A DNA stretch of 64,000 bases. Origin: Gammaproteobacteria bacterium. Lineage in GTDB: Bacteria > Pseudomonadota > Gammaproteobacteria > Magnimaribacterales > Magnimaribacteraceae. Of the stretch, positions 58,756 through 64,000 are shown piece by piece. Location: NCBI GenBank assembly GCA_045563675.1, contig JBJLIX010000001.1:333667-397666 (forward strand). Direction: 5' to 3'. Under the pieces are notes generated by a model. That model ran no database searches. It was not told where the DNA came from and saw nothing but the letters and a program-made list of their open reading frames with translations. Numbering within the stretch: the first letter of the stretch is position 1; each line of letters opens with the position of its first letter. Made by a program: the position numbers and the translations under genes.

Positions 58756-60192
58756 ATGGGTAAAGTAACTGGATTTAAAGATTTCAAAAGGGTAGTTGAG
58801 CCTTATAGGCCTTCTAAGGAAAGAGTATTGGATTTTAAAGAAATCTACACAGAACATGACGAAAATAGCCTTAATACTCAAGCTTCAAGGTGCATGGATT
58901 GCGGGGTTCCTTTCTGTCAGTCAAATGAAGGTTGTCCAGTTTATAACTTAATTCCTGAATGGAATGACCTCGTTTATCAAAACAGATGGGAAGAAGCCTT
59001 TGAAAGGCTTATGAAAACTAATAACTTCCCTGAAATTACAGGTAGAGTTTGTCCCGCTGTATGTGAAGGGGCTTGTGTACTGGGTATTACAGAAACTCCT
59101 GTTGCGATAAAAAATCTAGAATGTGCTATTTCTGATAAAGGTCTAGAAAATGGATGGTTTAAAGCTAAGCCTCCTAAAAGTAGAACTGAGAAAAAAGTTG
59201 CCATTGTAGGTTCTGGGCCTGCCGGATTATCAGCTGCTCAAGAATTAAATTATCGCGGGCATACCGTAAGTGTGTATGAAAGAGATGACCGTATTGGTGG
59301 CCTAATGATGTATGGAATTCCTAATATGAAACTTGAGAAATCAATATTAGATATGAGAATAGACTTGATGAGACAAGAGGGAATTAAATTCTTCCCAAAT
59401 ATGGATGTTGGAAGCAATAAGAAAAGTTCAGTTTCCTTAAAACAGCTCTCTAAAGATAATGATGTGGTCTTACTAGCTACAGGTGCTACTAGCCCAAGAG
59501 ATTTAGCTATACCAAACCGAGAAGCTAAAGGCATTCATTTTGCTATGGATTTTTTAAGAGCAAATACTAAAAGCCTTTTAGATAGTAATCATGAAGATCA
59601 GAAGTACATAAATGCTAAAGATAAACATGTAATAGTTATTGGGGGTGGTGATACAGGAACTGATTGCATAGGAACATCTCTACGCCATGGATGTAAATCT
59701 TTAACTAACTTTGAGATTCTTTCTCAACCACCAACAGAAAGAGCGGAAAATAATCCTTGGCCTTTGTTTCCTAGGACCTACAAGGTCGATTATGGTCATG
59801 AAGAGTCAGCTAGTCTGTTCGGAAAAGATCCAAGAGTCTTTTCGATTTCTGGAAAAGAATTTCTAAGTGATGATCATGGTAATCTTACAGGCATCTTAAC
59901 AACTGAGGTAGACAGTAATTTTAAAGAGATCCCTGGAACCGAAAAAGAATGGAAGGCAGATTTAATACTTCTGGCAATGGGCTTCTTGGGTCCTGAAAGC
60001 TATGTCATTGACAGTCTAAACATTGACTTAGATGAAAGAAGTAACTACAAAGCCGAGCACAATATTCATATAACAAGCGACCCAAAAGTCTTTGCAGCAG
60101 GTGATTGCAGAAGAGGTCAATCATTAGTGGTGTGGGCAATTAATGAAGGTAGAGCAGCAGCTCAAGAAATAAATAATTATCTTTCAAACTAA
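58756..60192 (+). CDS. gltD: glutamate synthase small subunit
   Basis: 478 aa with Fe-S Cys clusters (CMDCGVPFC, CPAVCEGAC) and the dinucleotide fold VAIVGSGPAG. Confidence 0.95.
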   Translation: MGKVTGFKDFKRVVEPYRPSKERVLDFKEIYTEHDENSLNTQASRCMDCGVPFCQSNEGCPVYNLIPEWNDLVYQNRWEEAFERLMKTNNFPEITGRVCPAVCEGACVLGITETPVAIKNLECAISDKGLENGWFKAKPPKSRTEKKVAIVGSGPAGLSAAQELNYRGHTVSVYERDDRIGGLMMYGIPNMKLEKSILDMRIDLMRQEGIKFFPNMDVGSNKKSSVSLKQLSKDNDVVLLATGATSPRDLAIPNREAKGIHFAMDFLRANTKSLLDSNHEDQKYINAKDKHVIVIGGGDTGTDCIGTSLRHGCKSLTNFEILSQPPTERAENNPWPLFPRTYKVDYGHEESASLFGKDPRVFSISGKEFLSDDHGNLTGILTTEVDSNFKEIPGTEKEWKADLILLAMGFLGPESYVIDSLNIDLDERSNYKAEHNIHITSDPKVFAAGDCRRGQSLVVWAINEGRAAAQEINNYLSN

Positions 60193-61058
60193 CCTTTCAC
60201 CACTCTCATTAAACCCTCTTGTACTGCTGAGGCTATAAGTTTCCCGTCTCTAGTATATACGCTACCTCTATTAAAACCCCTGGCATTACTAGCACTTGGA
60301 CTGTCAGTGGAATACAACATCCACTCATCAGCTCTAAAGGGCCTATGAAACCACATACCATGATCTAAGCTGGCACTTTGTACATTGCCTTTAGCAAAGC
60401 TAAGCCTATGTGGATTTAAAGAAGTGCTTAACAAACCCATGTCGGAAGCATAAGCAAGAATGGCTTGATGGCAGATCTCATCATCAGGCAGCTTAGCTAC
60501 AGCCTTCATCCAAACATGCTTGTAAGGGGGTTGTTTTTTTGGTTCTTCAAACATTCCTTCTCCTGGTAGATTTCTCATCTCAATTGGCCTTTCTCTGGTG
60601 AAATACTCTCTAAACCTTTCATCCACTTTATCTATTATCTTTTTTCTTTGTTCGAGTTCACTTATACATTCTTCAGGTCCAGGAATATCTGGCATATCTA
60701 TTTGGTGGATTGGGCCACTTTCTTTCTTATGAAAAGAAGAAGACATATTGAAGATTGGTTCTCCTTTTTGTATAGCAACGACCCTTCGAGTAGTAAAACT
60801 TCCGCCATCCCTTATTTTATCCACATCGTAGACAATAGGATGTTTCATATCACCTGGTCTCAAAAAATAAGCATGTAAAGAGTGAACACTTCTTTTTTGA
60901 TCGACTGTACGAGCTGCAGCAGTTAAAGCCTGACCTAAAACTTGACCTCCAAAGACTCTTGGACCTCCAATATTTTCACTTTGACCCCTAAATAAATTGT
61001 CCTCCAATTGCTCAAGATCAAGAAGTTTTATAAGTTTATCTAACGCTTTTCTTTTCAT
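60189..61058 (-). CDS. tesB: acyl-CoA thioesterase II
   Basis: 289 aa, collinear with E. coli TesB (LFRGQSE, VFGGQV.GQAL, LHAYFLRPGD, DHGMWFHRPF, VQEGLMR). Confidence 0.9.
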   Translation of the reverse strand: MKRKALDKLIKLLDLEQLEDNLFRGQSENIGGPRVFGGQVLGQALTAAARTVDQKRSVHSLHAYFLRPGDMKHPIVYDVDKIRDGGSFTTRRVVAIQKGEPIFNMSSSFHKKESGPIHQIDMPDIPGPEECISELEQRKKIIDKVDERFREYFTRERPIEMRNLPGEGMFEEPKKQPPYKHVWMKAVAKLPDDEICHQAILAYASDMGLLSTSLNPHRLSFAKGNVQSASLDHGMWFHRPFRADEWMLYSTDSPSASNARGFNRGSVYTRDGKLIASAVQEGLMRVVKG

Positions 61059-61059
61059 A

Positions 61060-61941
61060 TTATTTAAATTTTCTTTCTTCCCACCATGGATAAAAATTAG
61101 GCATATCTTGTGAAACCTTACTTGGAAACTCTGGCGGGCGCTTTTCTAAAAAGGACTCTACACCTTCTTTTGCATCTGCACCTTTGCCTAATTCGTATAT
61201 AGCCCTTGAATCAATTTTGTGGGCTTCCATAGGGTGATCGGCACCTAATAGCTTCCACAGCATTTGTCTAGTCAGAGCTACGCTTACTGGAGAAGTATTA
61301 TCTGCAATTTCTTGTGCAATTTTATTTGCTTCTTCCATAAGCTTATCTGGGGGATGTACGGATCTTATAAGGCCACCTTCCTTGGCTTCTTCTGGAGAGA
61401 ATACTCTACCTGAAAAGGTCCACTCTAAAGCCTTATTGATACCTACAACTCTTGGTAAAAACCAACTTGATGTAGCTTCTGGTACTAAACCTCTTCGAGC
61501 AAAAACAAAACCAAATTTAGCTTCTTCGCTGGCTATTCTGATATCCATTGGAAGAGTCATGGTTACTCCAACTCCAACTGCAGGTCCATTGAAGGCTGCA
61601 ATAACAGGTTTTGGACAATCAAAAATTGCTAGAGCAGTCCTACCGCCCCCATCTCGCATCCACTCAGGGTCATCCTTTATTTTTTCCGTCTCTCCCTTAT
61701 TATTCCTAACCTCTCTGTTGAAAGTATTGCCTCCTGCCCCTAAGTCAGCCCCAGCACAAAATCCTCGGCCCGCACCCGTGACAATAATTGCTCTTACTTC
61801 ATCATCTTTTCCAGCCGTTTCGAAAGCCTCAATTAACTCTCCTTGCATTTGCCCAGTATATGCATTGAGTCTTTCCGGCCTGTTTAAAGTGATTGTTAAT
61901 ACCTTGTCTTTTTTTTCAAAAATAATAGTTTCAAAATCCAT
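61060..61941 (-). CDS. enoyl-CoA hydratase/isomerase (crotonase) family protein
   Basis: 293 aa with the crotonase oxyanion motif GAGRGFCAGADLG and GPAVGVG. Confidence 0.85.
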   Translation of the reverse strand: MDFETIIFEKKDKVLTITLNRPERLNAYTGQMQGELIEAFETAGKDDEVRAIIVTGAGRGFCAGADLGAGGNTFNREVRNNKGETEKIKDDPEWMRDGGGRTALAIFDCPKPVIAAFNGPAVGVGVTMTLPMDIRIASEEAKFGFVFARRGLVPEATSSWFLPRVVGINKALEWTFSGRVFSPEEAKEGGLIRSVHPPDKLMEEANKIAQEIADNTSPVSVALTRQMLWKLLGADHPMEAHKIDSRAIYELGKGADAKEGVESFLEKRPPEFPSKVSQDMPNFYPWWEERKFK

Positions 61942-61959
61942 AAAATTCCTCTAATTTTT

Positions 61960-62736
61960 TTATTCTATTTGATGGTCCACTTCATCTGCTGGACTCTTCT
62001 TACCAGAAGTTCCTACCTCTGAAGCAGGAACCCCCGCTACTGTTGTACCTTCCTTAACATCCGAAAGAACTACGCTACCAGCCGCTACTTTAGCATTCTT
62101 TCCTATTACAACATTTCCCAAAATCGTAGCTGAGGCGCTAAGAAGTACTCCCTCTCTAACTTTAGGATGACGATCTCCTGTTTCCTTTCCTGTCCCTCCT
62201 AAAGTAACCCCTTGGAATATAGATACATTGTCTTCAATTACACTCGTTTCTCCTATGACAACGGCTGTTCCATGGTCAATCATTACACCTTTTCCAATCT
62301 CAGCTGCTGGATGAATATCTACTCCATATACTTCAGAAGTCCTACTTTGAATGAATAAAGCTAGCGTATGCCTTTCATTTGACCATAACCAATGCGAAAC
62401 CTTATGAGCTTGAAGTGCTTTGAACCCTTTATAAAAAAGAAGCGGAGTTGAGAAATACTTACAAGCAGGATCTCTGTCTTTTGTCGCAATTAAATCAAAA
62501 GCCACATCAGAGAGCATAGTTTCTGAAGAACTTATTGCTTCTTTTATAACACTCCTTAGCATCATTGGTGTAACTGCAAAACTAGATAGGTCGCTAGCAA
62601 GCTGGTTTGCTAAAGTAGACGAAAAGGAGTCATGTTCAAGAACAGTAGCATGAAAAAAGCTAGCCAAAACAGGTTCAGCTTGAGCCCGCTTCTTAGTTTC
62701 CTCAGTTATAACTTCCCAAACTTCATTCACATCCAT
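61960..62736 (-). CDS. cysE: serine O-acetyltransferase
   Basis: 258 aa with an N-terminal SATase helical domain and hexapeptide repeats (GVDIHPAAEIG, IDHGTAVVIGET, GDRHPKV). Confidence 0.9.
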   Translation of the reverse strand: MDVNEVWEVITEETKKRAQAEPVLASFFHATVLEHDSFSSTLANQLASDLSSFAVTPMMLRSVIKEAISSSETMLSDVAFDLIATKDRDPACKYFSTPLLFYKGFKALQAHKVSHWLWSNERHTLALFIQSRTSEVYGVDIHPAAEIGKGVMIDHGTAVVIGETSVIEDNVSIFQGVTLGGTGKETGDRHPKVREGVLLSASATILGNVVIGKNAKVAAGSVVLSDVKEGTTVAGVPASEVGTSGKKSPADEVDHQIE

Positions 62737-62850
62737 TGAATTATTCTCATATTTATTAAAAAGATTGTAATTGTACTCTAGAGAGTGTTCTTGCTGAAAT
62801 GAATCAAATAAGGATAATAGGGCCCCCTTTTAATAGATATATAGAAATAA

Positions 62851-63828
62851 ATGGCAACTGAAGTAAACAATAATCCTGACATTGAGGTGGATGTTAGACA
62901 AACCTTTGATCTTGACTTAGATCTTAAGGTGCCGGGTTTTAGTTCTCCAAATGAATATGTTCCCAATATTGACGAAGCTTATAAATTTGATGAAAAAACC
63001 ACTATAGCAATCCTTGCTGGTTTTGCTCACAACAGAAGAGTCATGATTCAAGGTTACCATGGCTCAGGAAAATCAACGCACATTGAGCAAGTGGCGGCCA
63101 GACTAAATTGGCCTTGCGTTAGAGTAAACCTTGATAGTCATATAAGTAGAATTGATTTGCTAGGAAAAGATGCAATAGTTCTTAAAGATGGTAAACAGAT
63201 TACCGAATTTAGAGAAGGAATTCTTCCATGGGCCCTCCAATCTCCAACAGCATTAGTTTTCGATGAATATGATGCTGGTAGACCGGATGTGATGTTTGTC
63301 ATCCAAAGGGTACTGGAAGTAGAAGGCAAATTAACTCTTTTAGATCAGAACAAAGTAATTACTCCACACCCTTCATTTAGACTTTTCTCAACAGCAAATA
63401 CCGTAGGTCTAGGTGATACAACTGGGCTTTATCATGGAACTCAACAAATAAATCAGGGGCAAATGGACAGATGGCATGTAGTATCAACTCTCAATTATCT
63501 TGAACCAGACCTAGAGGAAAGTGTAGTACTGGCGAAGGTTCCAAGTTTTAATAATAAAAAGGGTAGAGAGGAGGTTTCTAATATGGTCTCTACAGGAAAT
63601 CTAACTCGTCAAGGGTTTGCAAATGGGGATATCTCTACTTTAATGTCTCCCAGAACAATAATTAGCTGGGCTGAAAACACAGAAATTTTTAAAGACAGGA
63701 ACAAGGCTTTCGAAGTTACCTTCCTTAATAAATGTGATGAAACAGAAAGATCTATAATAGCTGAGTATTATCAAAGATGTTTTAACGAAGATATAGAGGA
63801 TTCAGCAGCTGATTCTTTAGAAGAATAG
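62851..63828 (+). CDS. cobS: CobS-type AAA+ ATPase (cobaltochelatase subunit S-like)
   Basis: 325 aa, very close to remembered CobS blocks (ILAGFAHNRRVMIQGYHGSGKSTHIEQVAARLNWPCVRVNLDSH, FDEYDAGRPDVMFVIQRVLE, GLYHGTQQINQGQMDRW). Confidence 0.9.
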   Translation: MATEVNNNPDIEVDVRQTFDLDLDLKVPGFSSPNEYVPNIDEAYKFDEKTTIAILAGFAHNRRVMIQGYHGSGKSTHIEQVAARLNWPCVRVNLDSHISRIDLLGKDAIVLKDGKQITEFREGILPWALQSPTALVFDEYDAGRPDVMFVIQRVLEVEGKLTLLDQNKVITPHPSFRLFSTANTVGLGDTTGLYHGTQQINQGQMDRWHVVSTLNYLEPDLEESVVLAKVPSFNNKKGREEVSNMVSTGNLTRQGFANGDISTLMSPRTIISWAENTEIFKDRNKAFEVTFLNKCDETERSIIAEYYQRCFNEDIEDSAADSLEE

Positions 63829-63837
63829 ACTCTTTTT

Positions 63838-64000
63838 ATGCCTCCAGATTCCCCTTCAAATGAAATATTAAAAGAGGCTATTTCTGCAGCTACAAGAGCC
63901 TTGTCGCAAGACCCTGAGTTAGAAGTTGGTTTTGGTGGAATGCCGGCTACGGGTAATAAATTGGTCCTATCTAACCCTCCTTCAAAAAAATCTGACCTCG
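63838..64000 (+). CDS. cobT: CobT-like (VWA) protein, 5' fragment cut by the window end
   Basis: ATG lies 10 nt after the cobS stop. The N-terminus MPPDSPSNEILKEAISAATRALSQDPELEVGFGG resembles the CobT N-terminal region. Only about 54 codons are visible. Confidence 0.55.
   Translation, partial: MPPDSPSNEILKEAISAATRALSQDPELEVGFGGMPATGNKLVLSNPPSKKSDL

Noticed and set aside
62778-62966. 62-aa minus-strand ORF spanning the cysE-cobS spacer.
   Set aside because: It overlaps the well-supported cobS N-terminus in antisense, and the rest is promoter-like AT-rich spacer.

Overview
AT-rich, very gene-dense 64-kb chromosomal segment. About 62 CDS are called. By eye only about seven spacers exceed 80 bp, many start/stop codons overlap, and two convergent gene pairs overlap at their stops. 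Gene order points to a genome-streamlined gammaproteobacterium, possibly a marine free-living lineage (inference only, no search possible): miaA-hflX-hflK-hflC-hisZ-purA, mrcA/aroK-aroB-gltB-gltD, algC-argB-slmA, glyA-nrdR-ribD-ribBA-ribH-nusB and waaF-waaG-waaP. Content is mostly housekeeping: riboflavin, purine, shikimate, glutamate synthase, glnK-amtB, LPS inner core and PBP1A. I saw no rRNA, tRNA, CRISPR array, IS/transposase, integrase, phage gene or recognisable defence gene. Two regions are the best candidates for undescribed biology. (1) At 34.2-42.6 kb, a run of seven tightly coupled minus-strand genes continues directly from the waaF-waaG-waaP LPS-core genes: GT4 glycosyltransferase, SAM methyltransferase, alpha/alpha-toroid protein, VOC, alpha/beta hydrolase, leaderless penicillin-acylase-family Ntn hydrolase and a tandem NahD/DsbA-like didomain protein. 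(2) At 4.0-5.8 kb, an orphan three-gene module pairs a small MotA/TolQ/ExbB-type channel protein with two unrecognisable membrane proteins. Other observations: a pair of diverged 132-aa exported paralogs, each sitting upstream of a secreted protein; loss of hfq from the miaA-hflX junction; loss of pilMNOPQ from the mrcA-aroK junction; a RibBX-type RibBA with a dead GTP cyclohydrolase II domain; a fused double LPS kinase; a near-consensus sigma-54 promoter for glnK-amtB; and a cobS/cobT-like AAA/VWA pair at the window edge. All calls rest on motif reading and remembered E. coli/Pseudomonas orthologs; no database search was run.
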